64,000 bases of DNA from Mobula hypostoma. Its lineage: Eukaryota. The stretch covers positions 216,506,001-216,570,000 of the forward strand of contig NC_086097.1 in NCBI RefSeq assembly GCF_963921235.1, given 5' to 3'. Position 1 is the stretch's first letter; each line of letters begins with the position of its first letter. The translations under genes and the position numbers were made by a program. Shown here piece by piece: positions 39,026 through 50,930 of the stretch. Below the pieces are notes generated by a model. The model had not been told where the DNA came from and made no database searches. It saw only the letters and a program-made list of their open reading frames with translations.

Positions 39026-40095
39026 AGACATAGAAGCAGAATTAGGCCATTTGGCCCATTGAGTCTGCTCCACCATTCAATCAGGATCTTTTATTCCCCC
39101 TCCTCAACCCCGTTCCCCGGCCTTCTCCCCGTAACCTTTGATGCCATGTCCAATCAAGAACCTATCGATCTCTCCCTTAAATAGACCCAACGACCGGGCC
39201 TCTACAGCCACCTGTGGTAACAAATTTCACAAATTCATCAGCCTCTGGCTGAAGGAGTTTCTCTGCATCTTTGTTTTAAATGGAAACCCCTCTATCCTGA
39301 AGCTTTACCCTCTTGCCCTAGACTTCCCCCACCATGGGAAACATCCTTTCTACATCTACTCTAAGCCTTTAAACATTCAAAAGGCTTCAGTGAGGTCCCC
39401 CCTCATTCTTCTAAATTCCAGCGAGTACAGACCCAGAGCCATCAAATGTTTCTTGTATGATAGCCTTTTTTATTCCTGGAATCATCCTTGTGAACCTCTT
39501 CTGGACCCTCTCCAATGCCAGCACATCTTTTCTTAGATGAGGGGCCCAAAACTGTTCACAATACTCAAAGTGAGGCCTCACCAGTGCCTTATAAAGCCTC
39601 GACATCACATCCTTGCTCTTGTATTCTAGACCTCTTGAAATGAATGCTAACATTGTATTTGTCTTCCTCACCGCTGACTCTACCTGCCTTTAGGGTGTTC
39701 TGTACAAGGACTCCCAAGTCCGTTTACATCTTAGATTCTTGAATTTTCTACCTGTTTAGAGAAAAGTCCGCACATTTATTTCTTTTACCAAAGCCCGAGA
39801 CTGCATTTTCCAATGCTGTACTTCATTTGCCACTTTCTTGCCCATTCTCCTAATCTAAGTCTTTCTGCAGCCTTCTGTTTCCTCAACACTACCTACCCCC
39901 CCACCAATCTTCATGTCATCTGCAAACCTGGCAACAAATGCCATCTATTTCATCATCTAAGTCATTGATATTCAGCATATAAAGAAGCGGTCCCAACACT
40001 GACCCCTCGGAACACCATTAGTCACTAGCAACTAACTAGAAAAAGATCCTTTTATTACTACTCGCTGCCTTCTACCAATCAGCCAATGCTCTGAT
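39026..40095 (-). mobile_element. CR1 LINE 3' portion
   Basis: MLAFISRGLEYKSKDVMSRLYKALVRPHFEYCEQFW; 3' UTR at ~39030-39070. Confidence 0.9.
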
Positions 40096-40149
40096 CGTGC
40101 AACTTCTTAATAAAGTAGCTTTTCTCATGTATTTAATGCATTTTCTAAG

Positions 40150-40493
40150 AATGGACTTTAGAAAGCATTGCATCTTTGTCAGCAAACAAGTATATGAGAA
40201 TTTGTTCCCTTTGGGAATTTCAATTAAGTTGTTTACTTATTGTTGTGTTAATACTTGCGTGTACGGCTCTCATGCTAACATTGTTGAACATCAGACCTTT
40301 TGTTTTCCAAGACCTATCCACAGGCAAGCTTCCCTGCCAAATATGAAGGACTTTAAAGCAGAACCTGGGACATCCACAGTTGCCAGTGATGCAGCACTGG
40401 AAAAAATTAACGTACTGGAGAATGAACTTGCTAAGCTAAGGGAGCAGATTGCCATGATTGTGATGGTACAAGAACAAAGCAGTCTCTCAGCAG
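40150..40493 (+). CDS. MTFR1: MTFR1 coding exon 4 region; probably split into 40150-40189 and 40295-40493 by a 105-nt in-frame intron
   Basis: Contains RQASLP and the coiled-coil AALEKINVLENELAKLREQIAMIV. Donor GCAG|gtatat at 40494. The 5' acceptor is uncertain (exon start 40150, 40162, 40183 or 40312 are all in phase). Confidence 0.8.
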
Positions 40494-40594
40494 GTATATC
40501 CAATCATTTATGTTCCTCTTGGCTAAATTTTCAAACATTTCCTGATTGACCCATAGCTGTTGATGAGTCTTGTCTCTTCGAGAGACAACAAACA

Positions 40595-40712
40595 GTCCAG
40601 ATAAAGGGTCTTGGCTCTTTTCCATAGATGCTGCCTGGCCTGCTGAGTTCCTCTGACATTTTGTGTGTGTTGCTTGGATTTCCAGCATCTACAGATTTTC
40701 TCTTGTTTGTGA
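40595..40712 (+). mobile_element. Penelope pLTR fragment
   Basis: catagatgctgcctggcctgctgagttc...gatttccagcatctacagattttctcttgttt, preceded by a degenerate aagggtcttggc. Confidence 0.75.
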
Positions 40713-41490
40713 AATAACTTCATTTGCTTGTACTTAACTCATGCCATGAAGTAGGGTTAGCCCTGATATAGGTCATAAATTGATCATAAATGTGTATCAC
40801 CCTGCCAGAACAGTCTTTCAGAGTAATTTGCTGTAATGTGAACAACTGAGTTGTTAGTTATATAATACAAAGATACATTTGCACCCATGTATTCTGTTAT
40901 GTGATCTAAAAGTTGCAGTACATTCATACAAATGAATTACATTATTTCTTAGCAAAACTCATTAAGCACAAATGCTAACAGGTGATGATTGTTAAGTGAT
41001 ATCATTCTGAATCTGCTGTTAGAACAACGAATATAGGCTAGAACAAATGAAATTGAGTTTGTCAGCTTCATTTCATTCTTTCAGGCTCCATGCTGTGCTG
41101 CTGCTACCTTTATAATTGTGGAAATTCTTTTCTTTTTGTCCCACTATGCAGTGGTGTGCTGGTGCAATGGGATCAATATGGGTGATGCCAACAGGCTCAG
41201 TAAACTGATTAGAAAGGCTGGCTCTGTTATAGGAGTCAAACTAGATACATTGGAGGCTGTGGAAGCACAAAGACCCTATGGAAAATCCTGGACAATGTTC
41301 CTCACCCTCTGCATGCCGCCTTGGCTGAACAGAGGAGCACTTTTAGTAATAGACTAAGACAACTGTGCTGCTCCAAAGAGCGCTATATGAGGTGATTCTT
41401 ACCCTTGTCCGTTAGAATCAGAATCAGGTTTATTATCACCGTCATGTGACGTGAAATTTATTAACTTAGCAGCAACACTTCAATGCAATA

Positions 41491-42334
41491 CAGGTGTGCG
41501 CTGCTTAACGTCCATTCGGACAACGTCCGATCGCATATATGTCCGTAGTCCCGATCGGAGAACGTGACGTAGCGGACATAACCAATCTCATTTATTGGGG
41601 CGTCTCGAGTGGAGTAGGGTTAACGTTCTGCTTAATATTCTTTTGAAAGTATTACCGTGAAGTGCATCATGGCTTCCAAATGCAGCAAAACCACTCCTAG
41701 TGATAGCAGCAGCAAGAGGCAAAGGAAAAGTATTGATTTGGAAGTGAAACAAAAGGTTATTAAACAATATGAAGGTGAAAAACCAGTGAATGCTATTGCT
41801 CAGGATTTAGGCATGTCGCACTCAACAAACACGATGATCCTGAAAAACAAGAAAAAATTCTCAAAGCTGTTGAAGGATTGGCTTCACTGAAAATTAGGTT
41901 GGTGGCGTAGTGGCATAAATGCCGGACTTTGGGACTAACGGTCCCGAGTTCAAATCCAGCTGGCTCCCCGGCACGGCACGCTGGGTGATCTCTATGGAAA
42001 TTCACCCGGCAGAAGGAAATGGCAAACCACTGCTGTTACTCCTGCGCAGTTCCCCACTACGTCAGAGAGCCATGGAGGGAATCGTCCGCTAATCAGGGAA
42101 ACTCCAGATGCAATGTCCTTTTCCTTTCCTTTCCTTTCACTGAAAACTACAAGGCTCACGACCTAGATCGGATATAGAGAAATTGCTAACGACATGGATT
42201 TAGTCAATACAGGTACACTACAGTACTCCATATAGGTTTGCTAAGTATATAATATGGTGTTCGCGTCCAAATCACATAACATTCGATTTCACAGAACGGA
42301 TCATGGATCACGGATGTTAAGCGACGCATACCTA
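41491..42334 (+). mobile_element. Deleted Tigger/pogo transposon
   Basis: TA|CAGGTGTGCGCTGCTTAAC ... GTTAAGCGACGCATACCT. ORF KRQRKSIDLEVKQKVIKQYE...IAQDLGMSHST..TMILKNK is a CENP-B/psq HTH. Confidence 0.85.
41897..42137 (+). mobile_element. tRNA-derived SINE with RTE-like segment
   Basis: A box TGGCGTAGTGG (41903), B box GAGTTCAAATCC (41946), gaaggaaatggcaaaccac motif, (cttt/ccttt)n tail. TSD cactgaaaa(t/c)ta at 41885 and 42138. Confidence 0.85.
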
Positions 42335-44129
42335 GCATAATACCTACACAATCAGAGACAAAAATATAATAATAAATAAATTTTTTTAAAATCAATTATG
42401 TATAAATAATAAAAAAGTAAATCAATTGAATAGATTTTTAAAAACACGCAAAAACAGAAATACTGTATACTAAAATAAAAGTGAGGTAATGTCCAAAGAG
42501 TTAATGTCCATTTAGGAATCGGAGGGGAAGAAACTTTCCTGAATCGCTGAGTGTGTGCCGTCAGGCTTCTGTATCTCCTACCTGATGGTAACAGTGAGAG
42601 AAGGGCATGCCCTGGGTGCTGGAGGTCCTTAGTAATGGACGCTGTCTGAGACACCGCTCCCTAAAGATGTCCTGGGTACTTTGTAGGCTAGTGCCCAAGA
42701 TGGAACTGACTAGATTTACAACATTCTGCAGCTTCATTTGGTCCTGTGCAGTAGCCCCTCCATACCAGACAGTGATGCAACCTGTCAGAATGCTCTCCAC
42801 GGTACAACCACAGAAGTTTTTGAATGTATTTGTTGACATGCCAAATCTCTCCAAACTCCCAATAAAGTATAGCCGCTGTCTTGCCTTGCATTGATATGTT
42901 GGGGCCAAGTTAGATCCTCAGAGATCTTGACATCCAGGAACTTGAAACTGCTCACTCTCTCCACTTCTGATCCCTCTATTAGGATTAGTATGTGTTCCTT
43001 CGTCTTACATTTCCTGAAGTCCGCAATTAGCTCTATCATCTTACTGAAGTTGATGGCCAGGTTGTTGCTGCGGCACCACTCCACCAGTTGGCATATCTCA
43101 CTGCTGTACGCCCTCTCGCTCTATAATGATTCAGCCTATAGCCGGGGGAAGTGATGAACCCCCCCCCCCACCCCCGCTAGTCTGTTTGAGGTTACTTATT
43201 TTTTTATTGTTTCTTACTACTTTTGTAATATCTGTATATCTGATATCTGTGCACTTGAGATGCTACTGTGACATTGTAATTTCCTTTGGCATCAATAAAG
43301 TATATCTATCTCTAATGTATTTGCTAGCTGTCTAAATAGAAACAATTTTCTTTACAATTGCTGTTGTGTAAAACAAAATGCATTCTAGTGGTTATTGATA
43401 GAAGAAGGGTTTGGGAGTTGTGAAAATGTCATAGCACGGAACTAGTCTTTGGAAAGAACATTCAGTATATGGAGAGTGGAGCTGGGAAATGAGTAATGTG
43501 TTCTGTACGGATAGCTTTAAAATTCAGCTTTAAGTTGAAAATGGGGGATGGTGGGAAGTACAACTACTTGGACCAGGTGATCTGAGCAACATTAGAGGAG
43601 ATGGAAGACAATTTAGGAAAGGGTAATGTGCTGATGCCATGCACTTAATAGCATTAGGTTTATCAGATGATAAACTTTTGTTTTTTTTTAACCTCTGATC
43701 TACAATGCACATTTGTGCCTTCTCTCCTTTTCCTTCAGTGCTATTCATTTCACCAATAATAACCTGATTAAGGAAAAAATGTAAGTATCATTCAACCATC
43801 CAGCATCCATTGGGAATAGAACATCCAGTTATATGGATATGCTGGCAGCATACGAATTATATTTTTAAAAATACTATAAATTGCACGTTGATTTTCTATG
43901 CATAGATCTTTAAATTTACTGAATGATATGTCATCTCCTTAATTTTAAATAATACAGTACAACTCTTTTAAAGTATGCATGTAAAATTAAGCAAAAGAAA
44001 ATAACATGAAGTTTCAGAGGAAGTTGTTTTTAATCAACCTATAGCTATCACGCCTTTATGTATGAACTTAAATGAATTAAAAATACCTGTTTTACAAAAG
44101 TGCAGTGCACTTGAAGGCTGTGGTGACTA

Positions 44130-44633
44130 AAGGCTGATTTATACTTCTGCGTCAAATCGACGCTGTAGGTATGGCGTAGCCGCGAACCCTGTGCAGTGCC
44201 TACGCGGATCCCTACGCCATAGCCTGACGTGCACCTCTCCCAAAATGTAACTACGCGTTGTGGCAACGCGAACCGCAACAACTGTGATTGGTCTGCTTGG
44301 TAGCATCGCATTTCCTCCTACACTGCAATAGCTTCCCATTGGGCAACTGAAGGGCAGGGAAGGAACTCTGGCTGCAATGCTTTACAGACCTCTGAAATTA
44401 TGGAGGACACATTTCGCTTTTACGAAAAAAGACGCTTGCTTTAAACTTGTTTACCCTGAGAAAGACTACCATGACCATGAAGCCCTGCATGGGCAGGTGT
44501 GTGCGCTTGCGTGACATGCGCGAATTGCAGAGCGACGCAGACACACTAATGCACAAGTATAAATGCTCACAATCGAGTTGCCCACTTGCGTAGGCTACGG
44601 CGCAAGCTTGACGCACAAGTATAAATAAGCCTT
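44130..44633 (+). mobile_element. MITE with intact TIRs (superfamily uncertain)
   Basis: TA|AAGGCTGATTTATACTT...AAGTATAAATAAGCCTT|TA. CpG-rich, non-coding, and present twice in the window. Confidence 0.85.
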
Positions 44634-44983
44634 TAAGCCTGTTAGCCTTCTTGAATGGAACCTTTTATGTCTGCTTGCTTGCCTTCTCTCATGCCAGAAG
44701 TATGAATGAAAAAAGGTGAGACTGCAATATAGTTTCAGCAGAAAAGCAATTTTGTTGCTCAGCAAGTTTCAAAACATTTTCAAATCCTTTGGCAGCAATT
44801 TTCCAATATCTTTTTTTTTTCTCTGTTGGGTCTTCATTTCTTGGGTTTGTTCCAATTCACATGTTCTATAATTTACTCAGTATTTATTGTTAATATGACA
44901 GAAATTTCTTGTCAATTTGCAGCCACTTATTTAGTTCATCTCTCGAAAGTTTTATTCCTCTGGATTTTCAACATAAGAAATGA

Positions 44984-45358
<375 letters not shown>

Positions 45359-45733
45359 TAATTGCATTTCCCTTTCTTGAGTTTGGAAGGTGGTAAATGT
45401 TAATGAAAGAAGAATGTTCAAACTATCTTCATAATTTTAAAAACATATTTTTCTCTCTAAATGAATATTCTTAGTGAATGGAAAACAGCATTTGCATCCA
45501 AAGGGGCGATGGTCATACCAAAGACCAACAAAATTTGGAGAAGGAGCAACAAGCAAAATGTTGTTGAAGAATTTGAATCAGAATTATGTAATATGTCCTT
45601 AAAATCATAGTTTAAAAAAATGATGCAGCAAGAGGGTGGCTTGGCATGGAGTGGATAAGCTCAATTGGGTGGTTCAGTAAAGAATTCCCATCATAAATTA
45701 GCATTCACCTAGATACTGCTGGTAATTTAAGTA

Positions 45734-46478
45734 CAGGTCCACAGTCCCTTATCTGAAATCCTTGGGGCCAGCCAGTTACATTTTGGAATTCAGAATTTTT
45801 CGGATTTCTGACCCCCCCCCCCCATACCAAAAAACACGTATGCTCAAGTCCCTTATTTAACCTGTCTCAGTGCAGTGGACTTTAGGGCCCGACGGCACAC
45901 CAAACCTACGCACATCCTCCCGTATACTTTAAGTCATCTCTAGATTACTTATAATACTTAATATGATGTAAATGCTATGTAAATAATTGTTATGCTGTAT
46001 TGTTTAGGGAATAGTGACAAGATTTTACTTCCAACAAAAACATTCAATAAAACAAAAAATATACAACTTCAGACGAACCAAATCAAACACATGGTAAATG
46101 ACTTATTGGAATAAATGTAGAACGTCACTGTCACTATAAAACTTCCGTAACTTGTCTTTGTTTATTTAAATCATATACAGTGGTAGTTCTGACACTACTT
46201 TCTGCGTTATTGATAGAGAAGATTCCTTCTCTTTTTCTCATTGTTACCCATAGGGGTATCTGCAGCTTTTTTGACATTTTCACAGTGAAATTAAACAAAA
46301 TATCAGCGAACAGCAAATGCACGTGTAACCAGTATGAGCACTGAGCCAGAACTGATGTCTGGTGGCCTCTGCTAGTGTTGTCACATCACACCTGAGTGAC
46401 ATCAGCTGTTGGCGAAAAAAACTTCGGTTTTTGGAGCTTTTTGGATTTGAGAATTTCGGATAAAGGAATGTGCACCTG
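45734..46478. mobile_element. Tigger-family MITE with a MER2-like internal segment
   Basis: TA|CAGGTCCACAGTCCCTTATCTGAAA ... TTTCGGATAAAGGAATGTGCACCTG. Internal 45904-46021 resembles the remembered MER2/Tigger consensus. Confidence 0.8.
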
Positions 46479-46764
46479 TCCCAGCGTAGTTTTAAATTCA
46501 CTTTTATCATGGTAACAGTCTAAATTATAATAAAATGTTGCAAGCATATGGGTCTTTTTGCTAATTAATTCAGCGATAGATCAACTATGATCCTTCAGCT
46601 TGTTCAAGAATCACTCCCCATGGTTCACTTGCAGCTAGTTTGGGCTATGAATTTGCATGCTCTAATCTCCATTTTGTTTGTGTCAGATATGTTAGTTTGT
46701 AGTAGTAAGACTTGGCATTAGATAATACAAATTTTACATCCAAAGTTCTAGCCAAATGATTTCC

Positions 46765-47010
46765 TCAGAGCATGCTGCCTTCACAGCTCCAATGACTTGG
46801 GGTCAGTCCTGATCTCCGCTGCAGTTTGCAGTTTGTACTCTGGCTAGCTGAGTTTTTTTCTGTGTACTCTGGTTTCCTTTCACATCCCAAATACGTAGGC
46901 TATTGAATTGTGTCAATGTGGTAAAAACCTGAGGAGAATTAATGTGGAGTTGGGGAGAAGCAGAGGGAGGATCAGTGTAACTGGGCTATTAATGGTTGTC
47001 CTGAGCTCAT
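46765..47010 (+). mobile_element. Degenerate V-SINE/HE1-like SINE
   Basis: gctgccttcacagctcca...cagtttgtactct...tactctggtttcctttcacatcccaaa resembles the V domain. A similar - strand relic lies at ~370-545. Confidence 0.55.
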
Positions 47011-48305
47011 TGGATAATTTTAGTATAGAAAGATTTCAACACTGGATTGTCTTCAGTTTGACGTAAAAAGCTTTGTGGTTGAGTTCTACTGCATCTACAG
47101 CATTGCTGTCATAAGCTTCATTACAGGAGTTAACTGGCTGAGCCAGTTTCACATTGAATTTAAACAATAAAGAATTTTGCGGCAAGGAGTTCTTAAAGCC
47201 TATAAAACAAACACCAGTTACACTGGACAAGTTTAATGTCAAAATGTCAGTAATAGTTATGTATGGCATAATTATAAATGTGTCTATAAAATTGGGGTGC
47301 TCCTGCCATACAATATGATAGGGCTTGCAATTTAATTTGGCAGGCTGGTGTAATGAAACAATGGGCTGTATCATACTGGTGTTGAGCTAGCTGTTTTATA
47401 TGAAGATATGAGTATACCTAACATTTCAGTCCACTCTGGACTCACCACAGAGTTCAGGATACTTCTGATCAAACTGAGTGGCTGTACTTTACACCTGACC
47501 CCTCAGATTTATTCCAGTCATTGAAAGAGGGCCACTGAGTTTCATTTTAAAGGCAAGAGCAACTAAGATGTTTGTTTCTCTAAAACATTTATAGTAATTT
47601 GCATGTTATGTGTTGTTAAATCTTAATTTTAAAATTGTGTAACCTTTTTAATGAGCTTCAACTGGTTCTAAATGTCTGAGCATCAGTTACATTTGAGGGG
47701 TGGTGGTGAAGTGCCATTGTGCTGGTGGGTGTGGGGCCGCCGGTTCCACTGCTTGAATTTTAGTTGCTGCTTTTGGGCCTTTGCTTCATGTGTGGTTGGT
47801 ATTAGGGGTGGGAGCAGAGTGGCATTCGAAGAACTGGCCACCTCGAGTTTGATTCATAACCAATGAAGTAGTTGCTTCTGCTTCTCATCATAGAAGTGTA
47901 AGAATGATACTGGAAATAACCTGTTCATGTGTAGCGATTATTGAATTCACAATACCTACCTGAAACTTAAGTATTTGTCCTCCTGATGAAATTTGGAATT
48001 CTAGATGATCCACAAGAATATTATGAGCGAGATGCAAATAACACACCTCCCCACTCAGTTATTTGACAATCCATAAAGTTTTAAATATCCCACAAGCTGC
48101 CTGGATTTGTGCCTCTGCTTGCTTGTCATGCTACTTAACATCTTGAAAATTCAGGGCTTAAATCTCATCTGGTTTTGCAAATGCTGCCTACAAAAGAATG
48201 TCCTGAAGTCATTAGGGAATAAACGATATTCACTATTTTCATGGTTCATTGTTCTTTCCGAACTGTAGCTTCCACAAAGTTAAGAATTTACTAATTTCAT
48301 TGCAG

Positions 48306-48471
48306 ACCTGTTGATGACTTGAAGCCCAAACCAGACCAATGTGCAGAAAATCCAGCGGCTTTAATAGCAGCAGCTTTGAAAAGAAAATTTGCATATCGCT
48401 ACAATTGTGACAGTCCTGATGAAAATTTTTCTTCAAATTCTGACTTCAAGGCAAGCACAGAACCGCCAAAG
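48306..48471 (+). CDS. MTFR1: MTFR1 coding exon 6 (166 bp)
   Basis: ttgcag|A CCT GTT...CCA AAG|gtaagt; contains PAALIAAALKRKFAYRY. Confidence 0.93.
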
Positions 48472-48879
48472 GTAAGTGGAAAAGTTAAAGCAATTATTCA
48501 TCATTCAATGCATTCAACTTAAGATTTAAATAATAGAATTGTTTGTATTTAGGGATATCTTTTATCGTTTTGCCCTTTGCACATTTTCAGAAAGAGTTAG
48601 TCTTACTCTCACCCATTCAGTAATTCTCACCTTCATTCTTTTCTTCACCATTTGAAAACCTCAGAATATAAGTTTTTGACTAACATTCATTTTATTACTT
48701 TTCTGTTGATGCTGAATAAATGTAAATGATTGCAGCTATATTGTTTATTGCATAAATATTTCTTACAAAGGAGTTCTTCATCAAATGTTCAGCTCACTCC
48801 TTGTGTTTGGTGAAGCTCAGTGAGATAAAGTGGAGTACAAGAGCTTGGTATGTTATGTACATTCTTTTTCTTTTAATAG

Positions 48880-48948
48880 TTTGGGCAACATTTACTGAAG
48901 CCAACAGGAAAGAAGAAATCGTCATTGGAAATCACATCTTGCTCTTGA
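48880..48948 (+). CDS. MTFR1: MTFR1 last coding exon to the TGA stop
   Basis: ttttaatag|TTT GGG CAA CAT... gives FGQHLLKPTGKKKSSLEITSCS*, matching the MTFR1 C-terminal FGxHxLKPTGK motif. Confidence 0.92.
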   Translation, partial: FGQHLLKPTGKKKSSLEITSCS

Positions 48949-50930
48949 TCAAAAGCTTGGACAAAAAAAAAAGGCTTGTACCTTTCCTCCAAGAGGGGTT
49001 TGGTTCAAGCTATGAAGCAGTGCTACCATCTGTCTTCAGTTTTGGATATGTAATACTAGTGACAGCACAGATTAACATTTGGTTCGTAGACTTCTTTTAA
49101 ATTTAACTGTTGCTCCTTCATCCGCTCATGTTGAGAAGACATTTCTGTAACCAAACTTTAAATCTTTCATGTTAGTGTGCTAGTGTTTCTGTGTATATCC
49201 TAAGTTCACTTTAAAAAAAAATGGGCAGCTGTTTTAATTGTGCTTAACTATGGGAGTGGAGTAGTACTGAAGTCTATCGACTTTTTTTGCTTTGATCGCC
49301 ACTAAAACTGGAGATCATGCTTTAATGCAACTTTAAAGCCCCATATAAAATGGTTGCAAAGTTTGTGTCCTTATTCGTCTTTATTTTAAATTGCTGGTAT
49401 CAATGCTCATCATATCATCATAGTCATAGCTGTAGGAGGCCTGATCTGACATGGTTTTGCTAACATTACTAGCGTTAACATTCTTCATCAACCCTACTTT
49501 TAAACCAGCCCTTACTGACAAGTTTTTTAAAAAGCGATTAAAATTTACTTCTTTTATTTCTATGTTGTAAAGCATCTTGGAAGTCTAACTCTTTAATGCA
49601 AATTTGATTGCTTATGCATAACAACTATCATATTAGTAATTTTGCAACGTGCACAGCTTTGGATTGATGTTTTATATGGAAATGCACTAAAACAAACTCC
49701 TTTAAATGGGAAACATTGCAGCACTGCTTCATTTCAGACCAAAGTGATCATAAACAATGATGGGTAGATTTACATTAAAGTGACACTACAATTTCTGGAA
49801 TTGCCCAGATCCTAATTTAGAAAACTACAGCTGGATATAGTCTCAGAAAATCTCCATGCATGGTATTTTCTAAATTGCCATCTATTTTATTTAAAGATAG
49901 TAAATTTGCAGCTTTATTATATGATGTAAACATGTATACAATTTCTTGTTCAATTACTGTATCATGTGTTTTATATGTAGTGGATGTGTAGAATGGGGAA
50001 GATTGCAACGTGCAATAAAGTTTCACTTGTAACATTGCAATCTCTCCTGTTTTATTTGAGAGGACTGCAGTGAGACAAATATAAGTCAGTGTCATGAAGG
50101 TTAATGTACAAAAAGAAATGCTGCTTTGGGTTATTAAAGATAATGAAAATGTACCTTTTCCTACACTGGGCCATTTTTTCATGACTGCTAGTGTCAATTT
50201 TCACCAACTTTTAGATAAACAATTCGGAGGAAATTTTTCTTCTCTCCTTTTATCCCCATATCCTACTTCCATGGGGGATTTGAGAAATAAAATGAGATTT
50301 TATATTGCCCATTTGTTTCCTGACAATGTTTTACTTTATAAAAGTGTTTTAAATTTGTAGCCAAGACTGGCAATTTCTGACAACCCTTGATTTTTGCCTG
50401 AAATTTTAGAAATTATTAAAAATATTGTTGGTTTGTTTGGCAGTGAAATTTAAATTTCAAGCATTTTTGGCAATGCAAAATATGTGAATGCAGTTGTTTA
50501 TAATAACCTCAGAAGTAGCTGGTTGTATTCATAATGTACTCTGTTTACATCATAAAATATATTTGAGGAACTTAATTGTAATGCCTGTATTAATGTTACA
50601 TATTCTGGTGTTATTGCTTTCAGAGTACTGGACAACTTTATAATGGTTTGTTAAATACAAATACAGCACAAATCTATTTTAGTTTTTTTTTTCAAACTTT
50701 TGTTCTCTTAAAGAACGATGTGTCTGTATATAAATTGTGTCCCTGTTGCTTGTTTGACATTCATGGACTATACTGGTTTGATGTGTCATTTTGGGGAAGC
50801 TAGTCATTTACAGTAGTTGTGAATGAGGACATATAAAAACATTATTGCTGCTAGCTTTTGCAGTGGTGAACATCAAATAAACTAAAATTTGTATTAATTA
50901 TGTTTCAGATGGTTTAAAAATAAAAGAATA
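48949..50930 (+). other. MTFR1: Putative MTFR1 3' UTR with poly(A) signals
   Basis: About 2 kb of repeat-free AT-rich sequence. AATAAA at ~50014, 50876 and 50919; Pumilio-type TGTATATA at ~50725. Confidence 0.5.

Larger units (their letters stand above)
41413..43115 (-). mobile_element. Rex1/Babar LINE 3' part, interrupted by a Tigger element
   Basis: (gaatca)n tail at 41414. The 3' UTR matches the 32795 copy and resumes at ~42336. RT C-terminal ORFs at 42561-43084. Confidence 0.88.

Noticed and set aside
41897..41970. tRNA gene
   Set aside because: A and B boxes are present, but it continues into a SINE body with a tail and TSD, and no convincing cloverleaf is seen.
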